Assembly (NCBI GenBank): GCA_050084515.1
Contig: CM114271.1
Span: 35,836,001-35,900,000 of the forward strand
Direction: 5' to 3'
DNA from: Blasia pusilla
Lineage: Eukaryota
DNA length: 64,000 nucleotides
Each line of letters opens with the position of its first letter. Positions within the stretch are counted from its first letter, which is position 1. This document shows, in pieces, positions 34,721 through 47,900 of the stretch. The position numbers were made by a program, and so were the translations under genes. Under the pieces are notes generated by a model, which saw nothing but the letters and a program-made list of their open reading frames with translations, made no database searches and had not been told where the DNA came from.

Positions 34721-37045
34721 TTTTGTACCAATATATATATATACTGAACTCACACTAAGTCGGGATAAGTGATTTCTAAGACATTAACTTGCCTTTTGAG
34801 TGCCAAACCAATGGGCCTTTTGAGACGGCTTGGGAGAAAGTAATTATGAATCATGGGTGTAGGTTAGACTGGTAAGTTTTTGCCTGTGTGATGCACGGTG
34901 AGATGATTGGGAATGAAAAGACACATATGGAGGATAATAATATGAAATTAGTGGACATACGTTGAATATAATTTAGTCTTAAAAAGGATGACAAAAAAGA
35001 AGAAAGATATATATTTTTTTATAATACATCTAACTTGGCTCAAGACAAATTTTCATATATTTTATTTTATTAATTATGGGAAATAGAATTTATCCCTTTT
35101 CCAATCCCCATCCTTCAATAAGCAAAAGAAAATCACTTATTTTGATGATTTTTTTCCCAAAAGAGGGATTAAAAATTTCTCCAAATCTAACTTGAAAATT
35201 AAAAATAATGTATAAAAAATATGTCTTCCATTGTTTTGAAGAATGACTCTTTTCCCATTAGTTTCCTATTCTTCTTTTATCTTGTTTTTCCAAAAAAACT
35301 TTAAATATTCCTCAAAATTAAACTTTAAACTAGTTTTTATCATAATTTATTGGAACGAACTTTGAAAAAATGATTTTAAATTTCCAAATGAAATTAATTT
35401 TTTTATAGATAGTAAATTTTCTGCTTATTATAGGGTAAAATTAAAAGAAAAGGGTAGTGAACTTCATTCATTTGTGCTAACGCTTAATAGTAAGATGATG
35501 ATTGTAAATTAATGTAGAGAAAAAATAAATCCAAATGAACTTTTCTTCATTTGAGTACTCTCATGAGATGTTGCCTTTGTATCGCTTAAAGATTGATTTA
35601 AATGGAATTTAATATCTCCAAATCCAGATTTTCCTTAAAAGGAGCTTTTGTTTTTTAGTAAGTTCTACAAAGGAGTTACAGGAGCAAGTTTCAAGATCCG
35701 CTTTTGTGAGTGAACGAAGAGGCGATGGCATACATTTGCCGAGCTCGTCGGTTTTTCTCCGTCACTAAATAGAGTTTGATCGGGAATTTCCAGATCTTTG
35801 CCGGGTTTTCTCATTTTTAAGTAGAAAACTGCATTTTCCAGGTTGGCTTTTTGCCGAGCTTTTGCTAGTCAGCTCGGAAATTCTTGAATTTTACCGGCTG
35901 GCATTATAAAGAATGCCGGTTCTATGCGTTTAGGGCGATTGAGGTGTACCGTCTAGTTTCGCTACCGACTGCTGTCCATGACATGTAGAGTTTACGCTCG
36001 ATTTCAGCCATTGTGGGAGAGCTGTGCAGAGATTTGGATCTATTTTGGAGGTCTGGGGAACCGGTCACTTCGGTTTGGTGGTTTGTTGAGTTTCGATCAG
36101 TTCATGCACTCACCACACCGTAAACAGAAACGGCAGTGAAGCGATCGATATGGGTTACGTTCAGGATCTCTGCAACGTCTGATTTGCTTGCGCTTGAGGT
36201 CTCCGAAGAAGGCCGATCATTCGGAGTGGCGCAAACTCCACGTCTTTGTCCAACTGAAAATTCGCAACAAGATCGTCCATTTATCTATCGACACACGGAG
36301 TCCACGTCCGCTCAATGCTGAAAAGACATTTCTTCTGGGCTCGCAAGGTTCATTGTAGTTCTCCTAGCGTACAAACGACCGAGTGGAACTCGTTTCTAGT
36401 TAAGAAAACGAATAAGATCCGGACAAAAGCTTCATAACTCACCCGATTCCAAACGAAGCAGTAAGGAGTGGGAATACCTTAAAATTTGGCGAGGCAAACC
36501 AGGTGGAAAGTGATACGCGCTTTAATGGGGACTTAGAAATGAGGCCAGCGCATCAAAATCGAGCGTGAAATTGTTGTCAAAGTCCCCGAGTATCAAATAT
36601 TTGGAAGTTTCCCACGGGAAAATTTTCCCAGCGACTTTCTTTCCTCTCATACGAAAGGCTTGGTCGAAAAACGACAGCATTGAATAACGTAACGTCTTTC
36701 TGCTGTGCGAGTCAGTTCTTATGACATATGACCACAGCGAAACTGTGGTTTCAACACGACTGCTACACGTACGACATACGGTGGGGAAAGTAGTCAAGAA
36801 GTGACTGGTGATCTTCCAGGATTCTAATAATCTAATCCGATTCGCGCGTGGAAATCATCCGACACTCCGCTTGGGGTGAGGGCGGAGTGAGGTTGGATGG
36901 AACGGAACTTCTGAAATTTGGACGTTTCGTTGGGGAGAGAAGACTGAAGCTAACGAGGGTAGCAGGTCATCGCCATGGAAGAGTAAGCGTCATGGCTTGT
37001 GAAACGCGAGATTAGTAGCGTCCTGAGAAAAGACGTTACTACTCG

Positions 37046-37202
37046 TGACTCCGTCAGGCCGTTGATCGACATAGGTCTTCGAGGCTCAAGGTCTTCGTGC
37101 GGTTGTCCCTCGTGGTCGTGACGCCGTCAGGCCCTCCTTGCTCTCGATCGACATAGGTCGTCGGGGGCTCAGGGTCTTCAATCTGTTGTGTCCCTCGTGG
37201 TC
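37046..37202 (+). repeat. Diverged tandem duplication of ~75-80 bp
   Basis: ccgtcaggcc...gatcgacataggtc...ggctca.ggtcttc...tgtccctcgtggtc occurs twice. Confidence 0.8.
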
Positions 37203-38775
37203 AAAAGCTTGTCAACGCCCGGAGCCCACAGGTGTCGTCACAGCACGATTCGTGTTCCATCACTAGAGCTTCTAAGTCGCAAGACACTACTTCAATCTGT
37301 GTTAGGGGCAATGGGTTGCGTTGCGATGAGATCGGTTAGATCGGGTTAGTTGAGGTGGAGTGGGGTGGGTGCCTGAAAGCACCTACCATCCAAACCCAGA
37401 ATAAGTTTCTAGATCGGTGGAAACACGAGGTGGTCACCGCAGGAGAACTGGAAATTCGGAATTTTCTCAATAGCGTTACGCCCGCGACGTGTCTGGACAG
37501 AATTCCGAGTCTCGATTTCGGAAACGTGGAATCGGGCATTGAACAGTGTGCGAACGGCGTCGTCTGCGAAATCCTTTTGGCCGACCGAATGATATTATGA
37601 CGACGGTGCGCAAGGGTTACGCAGATCTGCCCCAGGAAAATTCCCACATCGCCTACTTCGCGGCCCCAGCTTAACACGGTGAGTTCACCTACATGGAACG
37701 AGCACCGCATGTGAGCTTGTTCCGATGCTTAGAAGCAATCGGCTCCAGCAACGCAAGGCAAGGTTGTCTGCGACATGACCGATGACCCCAGCCCAAAACG
37801 CCGTAGCTGACTATCACCAATGGAAATAACCACGCGTGCGTCGCAGGTTTGAACGAGTTCAGTGAGACCAACGCACAGTCCGCATGTGACGCGATTCGCG
37901 CCAAACACGATGGGATCGCCTATGGAAAGAGCGACGCGTGTGTTCAACGATTCAACATGGGACACCACCCCCGACTATCCTAAAGGACGAATCTGAGGGG
38001 CGTATCTTCCGCAGCACCCTCACTCTCCGGCACATTGCGGTTCGAAATCCTTCCCTCGGCCTGTGAAAGGACAGAGACCAGCCCGGGGAAACAAACGACG
38101 GGCAAGTCAGTCAGCAATGTTGGCAAGTCTCTGCCTACGTGAAACACTTTGTAGAAAACCCTGTACATTTGAAGTCGTCTCCGCCTACTTTTAACCTCTC
38201 ACTGTCTGCGTCACCCACCCTGCGATATGCAACTAAGAGTTCCTTGTCCAGCCCCCACAAGTCCCACCATCTTTCTGCCCCGCACATCATCGTGGCACTC
38301 GAGATCCAGACAAATGACTCGCGCGATAATGAGTAGTGTAGAATTACGTTGGGCTGGTTGCCACGCAGGCTCAGGGCTTTGACTCATCCAAGTCACGACT
38401 CTGTATGATTTGGAATTCCCGATCGCACTGTTCGAAGTATCCGCTAGCGATAGGTACCGTGAGAATTGGCAGAGCCATTCAACTCTCCGAAATCTCGACC
38501 GTTTCCACTTATGAATTGCCCTGACCCTCGAACTAGAGCGAAGCAAAAAGAAGACACATGCAACTTTAATGAAGAGTAGCTATTGAGCGTTTTTGCTTCC
38601 TTCCTCGCGGCTCACGCCGAAGGAAGGAAGAAAAAAGGCTCAAAACTCACTACACGCGTCCTGGATCCGTATCAAAACATTAAAACCGCTGCGGGATATT
38701 TAACAAGCCAAATCCTCGCTTGCCTACTGGGGTTGATTCCTTGATCATTTGCGAACGATAGAGAAATGTTTTAAT

Positions 38776-38830
38776 CCAGGATCTGGAGGATATGACAGAT
38801 CCAGGACCTGTCATATCCTCCAGATCCTGG
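38776..38830. repeat. Perfect 23-bp inverted repeat with a 9-nt spacer
   Basis: CCAGGATCTGGAGGATATGACAG-atccaggac-CTGTCATATCCTCCAGATCCTGG. Confidence 0.95.
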
Positions 38831-39468
38831 CTCCGGACCATACAGATGATGTTTTCCACTTTAGATGAACTTCAAAACAATTTACAAATAAATGATGGTG
38901 CACGATGTCCTCCAAAGAATAAGTTCTTTTAAAAACTTTACGGTGCAACGTAAAGTCTGGTCTGGCCGGAGTTTCTGTGGTACTAAACAGAAAGAAGGTC
39001 TAACTTAGCCGGTGCGAATGGCATTTGGGTGTAAACGTAGACCAATCCTGTGTCCCTCGTTTTCAATCCTGCAAGTTTGAAGTATCTACAATACCCAGCC
39101 GGCACAGCAGATGCTAGATTCCGGAACCGCACCTACAAGGCTCAGGAACCCATTCGATCACAGGTGTGTAGTCTCCTCGGCAATCTACATGGAGATATCC
39201 TTTAACCAGGTTCCCGTTATTATAGGGGTCAAGGACCAAAATGGTCCGTATGTTACACTAACATTGGTACACATGACCCAACTTAACCCCTTTTCTCCGA
39301 GCTCTACTTTGGTGTCTCTTAATTTCCAGCCACTTCTTTTATGTGTTCACTGGAGAGAATGTCTCATACTTCACAGCAAGAGGAAGTCCTAGGCTCTCGA
39401 CTGTAACCTCCATTGTGCTTCACACACAATTCGTAGGAGATATGGTACAAATGTAAGTGCTACCTGCT

Positions 39469-42400
39469 TTACTCGACATCAGGGTTTTGTTCTGGATAGT
39501 AGAAGCCATTCTCAAGAGAACTGCGTACAATATCCGGTGGGATGTCTTCCAGATTGGCTCCCCTTTCCAAGTCATCAAAGTGAGTAAAGAAAGATGATCC
39601 CGACGTCAGCCATTCATAGTTTAGTTCCCCTGGCTTTGCTTCCTTCTGCCTGAAACACGAAAGATATTCAACTATATTGATAAATGATAAGTAAAGACAT
39701 GCTGAAGGGAGTCGCTGGACCAATCCAGCTGGCTGACAGATCGCTTGGTCCAACTTTACGAGTTTCCAAACCAAACTGAAAATGGGATAGAGAATGGACT
39801 TACCACTCTTGATCTTGAATCATCTCTTCAGTCATCCCAAATGCCCTTAGCTCCTCATGTGTGTGGTGCATGGTCAAACTATATCTGATAGAGGTAATCA
39901 TGTTCAGCAGTGGAAACCAGTTTGTGTCAGTTCATTTCAGCCATAAAAGGAAATCTTAACTAGATGCATTTGCAACGAGCCTTAGCAAAACCCTTGTCAT
40001 GGCTCCGGGATACATGGCAGTTGATTGTGGAGTCAGGGTTGAACCAAAGATCTTACCTGCCACCAGGGCCTAGTTCCATGATCATCATACCAGTGTTGCC
40101 GAAGTTCCACAGGCCCTCAAACTGCTGAACCGTCCACTTATACCATCTCATGAGAAAGACCCGAAGGGTAAGGCCATGAGATACCAACACCAAATTCATG
40201 TTCTTCACCCTTGATTCTGGGCGCTGGAACCTACCGACATCAATGTCTGCTCTGAGGGTTTCCCTGAAACCTGGATCAAAGCCAGTCATCGCAAAAGTAA
40301 TCAGACGTACTCCACCGCTTAGAACCTGGAGAGAAGAATCGCGTCAGCACAAAATATGCCACATTCATCTTAGGGGTGCATCTGCCGTCTCAGTGCTGTG
40401 GCAAGGGAAGTCCTTTTTCAGAAAGGATGAAGTTAATGTGATAGAGAATAGATCTCGGGACAAGATCTTTATGACTTAAAAAAACAAAAGGAACACAGGA
40501 TGGACTCAGTTTCAGCCGACCTTGTGAGCTTGCAGAGTAATTGCGGAGATCATGGAGAAATGTTAGGAATATTTGTTAAGGTATGCTATGAATGACCTCA
40601 GAAAATCGCTGAGCTGAAAATTCCCCCCTTTTGAAGTTTAAAACCAAACATCAATCACCAGAAATATATAAACTGAATCTATGACAAGCTCAGGAAAACG
40701 GTGTGAAGGAAAGTCATTGCTAGGAAGGGCTTGAGAGACTGTACTCATTAAGTAGTGCCTGTCGTAGCCTTGCGACCAGAGACCGCGCGCCACGGTTGGA
40801 CGGTGCTTGAGACTGGGATGGGTGTAGAAAGAGGAAGAAGTGAAGAAGGTACCATATGGGAGGAGGAGACACTCTCATATAGTGTGAATGCTGACCAAAC
40901 AACATCTTGGTGCAGAGCTTCCAAGTGTCAACCAAGAAGCTCTTCACCATACTACCTACTTCACCTGATTGGGATCCCCAATAAACATTACTTACCAGTG
41001 CAGCAGCTTTGGGCAATGAATCTAGGCTACTGAATGTGTTGAGAAATTCTGGTGTTACCAGCTTAGCAATATCAGCATATGCGCTTGCTCTGTGTGTTGT
41101 GAATTTTGTGCAGGAGACCAAGTAGTGACTAGAGGTTTCATCCCCATTGTCACACAAGGCGCAGGAGTTTAGTTGTGTTCCCATCCTGCTTTTCTTGTGG
41201 TTCAAGGGGATTGCCCCTGTCCTAAACTTGAACTTAAAGGCTTGAGAGAGAGTTCACGGAAAAAGTGATCTACAGCCAAATTTAGGCACATCTAGAGGTC
41301 ATTGTAGATCTATTGTAGTCATAACCTTCAAAAGGCACATGCAAGAAGGCCTATGAATTGTCAGCTACGATCCCTTCGGCCTAATTTTGAAGCATTGACG
41401 ACTTACTTGCCTGTTATCCTGTCGTAGACATCGGCAGCAGATTCACCATTTGGAAATCGATAGAAGAATCGTCCATACCGCAGACGTACAGCCTTCTCCA
41501 CCCGCATTTTCTCCCTATCCTGAAAGTTTCCTGCCATATGACACTACTCGCCGTATCAACCCGAATTGCTCCAACAAAAAAACAAAGAAGAATAATTTCT
41601 TGTTTCTTTTATTTGCATGCCCTCACTGCCTATTTTTCTTAATAATCAGAACATATGAAATTCTTAAGCATATAGTCAACTTCCCATGGGTTGTCAGAAC
41701 TCACTCACTCCACCCTATCCTCAGCCCCAAAATTGCTTTTGGATTGTTTCCTGTCATGGGGAGAAACAAAAGAGAGGTTGAATGACTTAATTTCTAGTCC
41801 AAAGGAAGCCTATTTGCTTATGGGAACTCTTTCAAGTTTGTGCCTAAGTATCACTTCTGTTGGCACCTTGCATGACCAGATTTCAAGGTTCTAAGCTTGG
41901 ACTTTCTGTGAAAAGGGATATTTTTTAGTGGAGGATTTGGAGTTCTCTTTAGTGTAAATCAGAAGCAGTTCACAAACATGCTGGACATAACAACATTTTC
42001 TTTCCGGAGTATGGGTCATCCATAGCCTGAGTAGGGTCTGCCATTTTCCTGAGCCAGAGACCATCCCTGAAGTCAGGAGCACTTGATTGACCTTGTAACC
42101 TCCTTGGAAGGAACTTCCGACAATTCGGCTAAACCACTGGATAAGATTGAAGAAAGGGACATATTTTGAGGTACAATAGCAGCAACATAAGCAAACAATC
42201 TTTCATTCTAATTTCAGAAAAGAATGAGTTGGCAAATGATGCCAAGCAGGCATAAGCACAGAGTTGCCTGCATAACTAATATCCCTTAGATGGAGGTATG
42301 GGAAACAGTGGGCTGAAGAAACAGATTTTCAAAACACTCTCGTGTAGCTTAGTCTAGACTTTCCGGAACCATTCAAAGTCAGTCCTGAGAGATCGCTTCA

Positions 42401-43567
42401 AAGACCTGAACTGAGTTCTTTACCGAAGAAAATTCAGGTTAATATGAAATGAATAACCAGAGACTTCTAACAATTCCGTGTAGCCACCACTGTGCTGGAA
42501 GACTTGAGGAAACTCCTCTGAGATTTCTTCATTAACTTGAGCAGATCTCCTTAACGAAGAAAGCAGAGTAAGGTTGAAGGAAGCCACATCACAGAAATGA
42601 AATTGACCAGACCAGGCCCGACAAACAGTATGGATGTAATGGGAGATGTATAGTATCCTCGGAGGCCACGGAGGAAAAAATCACAAAGAGAGAAGGACTC
42701 TTGAGATTGATTTATTTCATAAGCTCAACTCTACTGACCAAACGAAAACTAGAAGAATGTAAATATGAGTAACGGAAACTGAGATTTCCTCGGTAAGTGA
42801 ACACCCTAACCAGCACAACTTACATCCGAAAGATGATGAACTGAAGCTTTCGAAGTCCAACAATATTAAAAAACTTGGAACCGGGAGATTGGAAATGGCA
42901 AAGACATACCAAAGTCCTGTTCACGCAGACGAGGTTCTTCTCGCACACCAGCTATGCGGTGACGCTCAAAGGCTAGTCCTATACCCCGAAGGGTTTGCAG
43001 CGTGCGCCTGTATGGTGACACATAAAAATACACTTTCCAGTCGTCTCCTTCGTCAGCTTCTATCATCTCCTTCATCTTGTCTCCACAGCGAATGGCTTGT
43101 TTCCATCCCTCCTCTGTGAGACTTATCTTAGAATCCGGAATTCTCGTGTACGCACTCTCATCCACATTCCCTTCACTCTGACCGTGCCGCACCAGAATTA
43201 TTCGCTTGGGCCGGAGTGAATAAGCCATCGAATGAAGTTGATTGGCGGGAATTTCCAGGTTGCAAGAGGAAGGAAGAACCTCGTGATTCGACGAGTTTGT
43301 GCTTCCGTTTACGAACGGAATGTCCGAGTTGCCTTTGCCGTGTACCTTACCCCGCCAATTCTCAGACGGGACAGAATAGGACTGAAAACGCGTGTGATCC
43401 GATGGCGTTTCAGCTGAAGCCTTCCAAAATCCACCCACAAACGTCCTCCATCTCCTGCTGTGCACTTTCACTCTAGGGCCCTCGCAAAACCCTCTGCCGT
43501 GACACACATGAGGGTTCCCAATTTCCTGTCTCAATGGCAATCTCCTCGACACAAGTTGCTCCCCCAT
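39469..43567 (-). CDS. Phosphoglycerate mutase-like protein (AT74-type histidine phosphatase), 5 exons: 43567-42910, 41530-41411, 40270-40057, 39884-39804, 39649-39469
   Basis: RPKRIILVRHGQSEGN, VSPYRRTLQT, EEPRLREQDFG|NFQD...RFFYRFPNGESAADVYDRIT|GFRETLRADID...VLVSHGLTLRVFLMRWYKW. All splice phases join in frame. The long N-terminal extension may be a transit peptide. Confidence 0.93.
40739..41238 (-). mobile_element. 5'-truncated LINE fragment in intron 2 of the PGM-like gene
   Basis: FKFRTGAIPL...CALCDNGDETSSHYLVSC is a LINE C-terminal Cys/His motif. It is flanked by the direct repeat GGCTTGAGAGA at 40728-40738 and 41239-41249 (TSD). Confidence 0.85.
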
Positions 43568-44926
43568 CACTCCCACTCACTCTCACTCTCACTCTCTACC
43601 GTCGCTCTCACTCACCGTCCAAGGCATAGGCACTAAAGAACTCCGTGTCTCCTCCTTTTGTTTCTATAATTATGTCCGCCGCGAGAGATTAGCAGTTGGT
43701 GTGGTGAACCAAGGTGTCCTAGGTGCACCGAACAGCCAGGTCACAACCTGTCGATGAGAGGGGAGTTTCAATTTGCGTCTGAAATGCGGTCGGTGTTTAG
43801 GCGCTCGGCGTAAGCTTCCAACTGCAGAATGTGCACGTGCTGGCTCTCCCGGACAATCGAATAGCATCGAGGCACAATCCCCTCCATCCGAATATATTGT
43901 TCGGTGCGACTTTCTCCAAGAGTCTTGGGCACAGTGCCACCCCTCCCTCTCCCCTCTCCCTCTGTTTCGGTGATTACTCACTCCTTGTCCGTACTTTGGC
44001 CGAGCAGGTGTGGTGCTGCCGCTAGTGATCGGTGTCCTCGTCACTGTGGGTCCCGAGTCCTGGACAAAGGAAACGGTGTGGTGCCAAAGTGCAAACACCT
44101 GTATGAAATCTCGGAATACAATTGAGGCAAAGAGACGTATCGGTTGCTGGGTACGAGGGAAGGCAGTGATGGCTGACTGGACGGGTCTTACTCACTCGCG
44201 TGCTGGTTGGCAGCCCGTCTGGACCGTGGATCGGGAAAGGAGGACGAATGCGGGTAGGCCCGGCCTAGCTTGATAAATTTTGGAGCTTGTGCCATCAGTG
44301 TGCAACGCTAGATTCCAGACCACATTCACATATGGCAGGTTTGCAACCGCGATTTGTACAGTAATCGTAAACTTTGGCGAACTGCGTCAGAACTTTACCG
44401 GAAAGTATACAGTTGGGAACAAGCCCTAAAACCTGAAACGAGAAACGTGACTGGCAGATCACGGTGCCGTAAAGTGTCGTGGTTTCTTTCCACAGTGACG
44501 AACAGATATCACTTTCTGAGCGACAAATGTTCATGAGTTTCGCTTTTCGGACGCAGAAGAGGGAACAAAATGATCGCTCTAGTGTAAGCGTCGATATTAC
44601 TAACGTCACCAGTGGAGAATTTCGGAATTGGTTGTAAGGAGCAGGCACTCTGTGGACGAGTAGTGGCTCTGGTGAGGAAGAAATCAGTGGGAATTGATCG
44701 GTTGGGAGGATTTCTGCGGTATAGAGGCAAGCGAGTAGGCCGGAAGAAGTCTCGAGAGGAGGAGAAATGCTGAGGAGATGGTCTAAATGACGGAGCACAA
44801 TGGGGATTGAGAATTATGGGCTGAGTAGTTGTTTGGCCGTGTAGGGTAGATTGAAGTTTGTGAAGTCGGTGGAACTCCGTTTGCACAAATGTCGTAGTGC
44901 ACAGGGAAGTGCACTTAGAAGGCCCG

Positions 44927-47900
44927 ATGGAGGCAGGTGGCAAGGAGATTGCGGGAATCGATATGAATATCTGTTATCAATGTGGACTGGTGTGCGAGAA
45001 CAGTGTCACCTATTGCCATAGCTGCTACGATCAACGTTCAGAGAGCGATTTTCGGAACGAGCAGAGGTGGAGGAATGCAGAAAGCGACTTACAGCTAGTA
45101 GAAGCCAACTTACAGAAGGAAAGAGCCGTTACGCAGCGGCTGGAGGCCACTCTTGCATCTTACCGGGAGATGCTGCTTCAAGGAATTCATGCCGATGTTA
45201 CAATCGAGACTGGGGATGTCGATAAAACCCCTTCCCACCGCGCCATTTTGGTTTGGTTCTCATCCTCTCTCAGGCTACATAATTCCAGGGGCCCAAAATT
45301 TGAGAAATTGGGACCTCTCGATGTCGAGTCGAAAGAATCTATCAGCCATTCGGCCACATCGTTGCAAGTATCTGCAGTCACGTAGGGATTTCGTAGTCAT
45401 GGTAGTAGATTTGTGAATTTTGAAATGCGCTACTGGGAGTGGATCATCCATTATCCCATAATTCGCTCTGATCGTCTTGCTCGAGCAGTTACTGGCCCGC
45501 AAAGTAGGAGACCACATCGTTTTTTGAAGCTAAATTCAAATTAGTTGGGCTCTGTTTTCGGTTTTGTGAGTTCGCCCCTCCTTTCATCTAATGATACAGA
45601 GGGGGGGAAAGTGACGGGGTGGGGGGCGTGTGGGCAGATGTGAATCTAATCCCTCCACTTTGCGAGAAATTGGCCAGTGATGTCCAGCAACACTTGGTCA
45701 TAGGGATCCAATGCCCCAAAGTAAGCTCTGAATAAACAGACATTGCATTCTACCAATGCCTACTTATCGGATTCAAAATTTCCCCACATTCCCTCAGTGC
45801 CTCTCCTTTGACTTGGGATCCACTATCTGCTGACTGATCCAGAGACTCTACAAGACGCAGCCGACTGGATTTCTATGCTGACCAATCTCACCGAGTCAAG
45901 TGAGTGTCAGGTAGTTTAAGTTCAGATGTCCAGTAGGTGACTGATGTCCCACACGCAGGTTGTTGAAGTGCTATTATCGAGGAATTGATTGACACTGGAA
46001 TGTCTCCTTCACGTGTTAAGGACATGTGGAAGTTCCTCGGACTGATTCTCTCCTTCAGTCACCACACAAAGCTAGAAAGCTGATCTCGGAGATGCAGCTG
46101 GTCAGTTTCTTCATATCTAGTTTCCTTGACGAACGTAAGAAGGAGCAAACAAATGCCATCCCTACATGAGTCCAGGGAGGGATTTAAACAAAACTGACTT
46201 AACTCATGGGGGATCATACGAAGTTCCCAAGAGGAGGGAATATATGAGCGAATTAGATAGTGTCTCTGAAAGCGTGAATATTCCACCATGAAATTAGCTC
46301 ATTCTGAACGTGATGGGACTGTGTCTGACGCACGACATAAACTAGAATAATTTTGCGCTCTATCCTTTCTTAACTGGATCAGATTGATCGCCTAACAGCA
46401 TTCAATTAGAGACAGTGAAACGTGTGTGGAATGAAATGACTGTAGATTAGTGTACGAAGGCACAAGCTTGCCTTTTGTCGTATGCCCACGGCATTAATGG
46501 TGCTCTCTATTAATCCCATAATTAGAAGTGGGATCAAAATCTGCTGTGCTCCTCAATCGCAGGTGGTTAGCAGTTGGATTCTTAGCCTTCTACTGAAATG
46601 GGCAAGGTGTTGCTCTGTGCAAAAGGAAAGACAAAACTGCATGACACCATGCATTTCTGCCAATAATACCACTCTCAAGTCATGCATGAGATGCTCCAAG
46701 TCGCTCATACAGGACAATCTGATCCAAAGATGGAGCATTGATGAATGTAAACCAGGGAGAGAAGTGCTAGATAGTTATCTTCTGTTTGGTGGACATCGTA
46801 TGTATGGTGTTTGCATCTGCTTCTTTCTTAGCTCCAATAGTGCAATGAAGTACTGAACTGAAGATTTGACATCACATCCTTTCGTTGGGCTCAGTGCTCA
46901 TGTGATAACAGAGGTCACATCTTGTATATCAGTTTTTATGGGTGCAATCTTCTTCTGCCATATCAAAGATGATCTCCTACCATCTGCAAATGACATCTCA
47001 AAGTGATTATGGATTTTGGGCTATTTCACAACTGTTTCATGAAAGTCATAAGATAACCAGAGACATTGCAGCAGTAAGTGTACCTCTTGCCACTGTCTCT
47101 GAATGAACTAAGATCTATATTGATTGTGGTTCAATCTTCCAAGAAACTCTAAAAGCTAGCATTCAACATGGGACAGTCGTTTTAGATTCTTTACCTCAAG
47201 GAAAATTTCCTTTTCATGAGAAGTAGTCTGAAGTCTATTGGCAGAGCTTGGTATCGGGTTATCCTTGATTCGCAGGGTTCTTCCTTACGCCACCAATGAC
47301 CGGTTCCTTCTGCTTTACTGTAGCACCTTTCAGGAGAAACAATATTCTTACTAAGGGGTAATAACACACCCCATGGATTTATATTGTACTGACTTTCTGC
47401 TCTGCATTTCATCTATAGATTTTCAGCTCCCATGTAACTGGAGACTGTCTTCAGCTGCTTAATGTCGTATTGCTCTCTTGCTTTAGGATAAACCTTGTAG
47501 TTAGCTGGGGTATTACTTGTTCCATTACTTTCCTATTTGCTTCTTCTGTATCAACTGTCTCTCATATTCCCCCCATGTTTTTTAACGTGTTTCGCCAAAG
47601 CAATACAAACGATTTGCTACCTGTTTCCTCAGTTTCTCCTGGGTCCCAGGACCTGCATGCTTGGAGACCAGACGTACTTTTGCTGTTAAATTTACCGTAC
47701 CAGCATGTTCCTGGCAGGCAAGCAGATCTCCTGTGTTCAAGGCAATGTTTGAGCACGAGCTGAAGGAAAAGACCTGCGCTGTAATTCGGGTTGCAGATGT
47801 ACCCACTCCTGCTATGCGTGCTCTCTTGCTCTATATTTACACTGGTAAGCTTTTTTACCACCAATATCTCGATAGGTGAAGATGGGTTTACCTCTGCTGT

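Noticed and set aside
41650-42850. Possible additional TE fragment in PGM-like intron 1
   Set aside because: No TE motifs, TSDs or repeats could be identified by eye.
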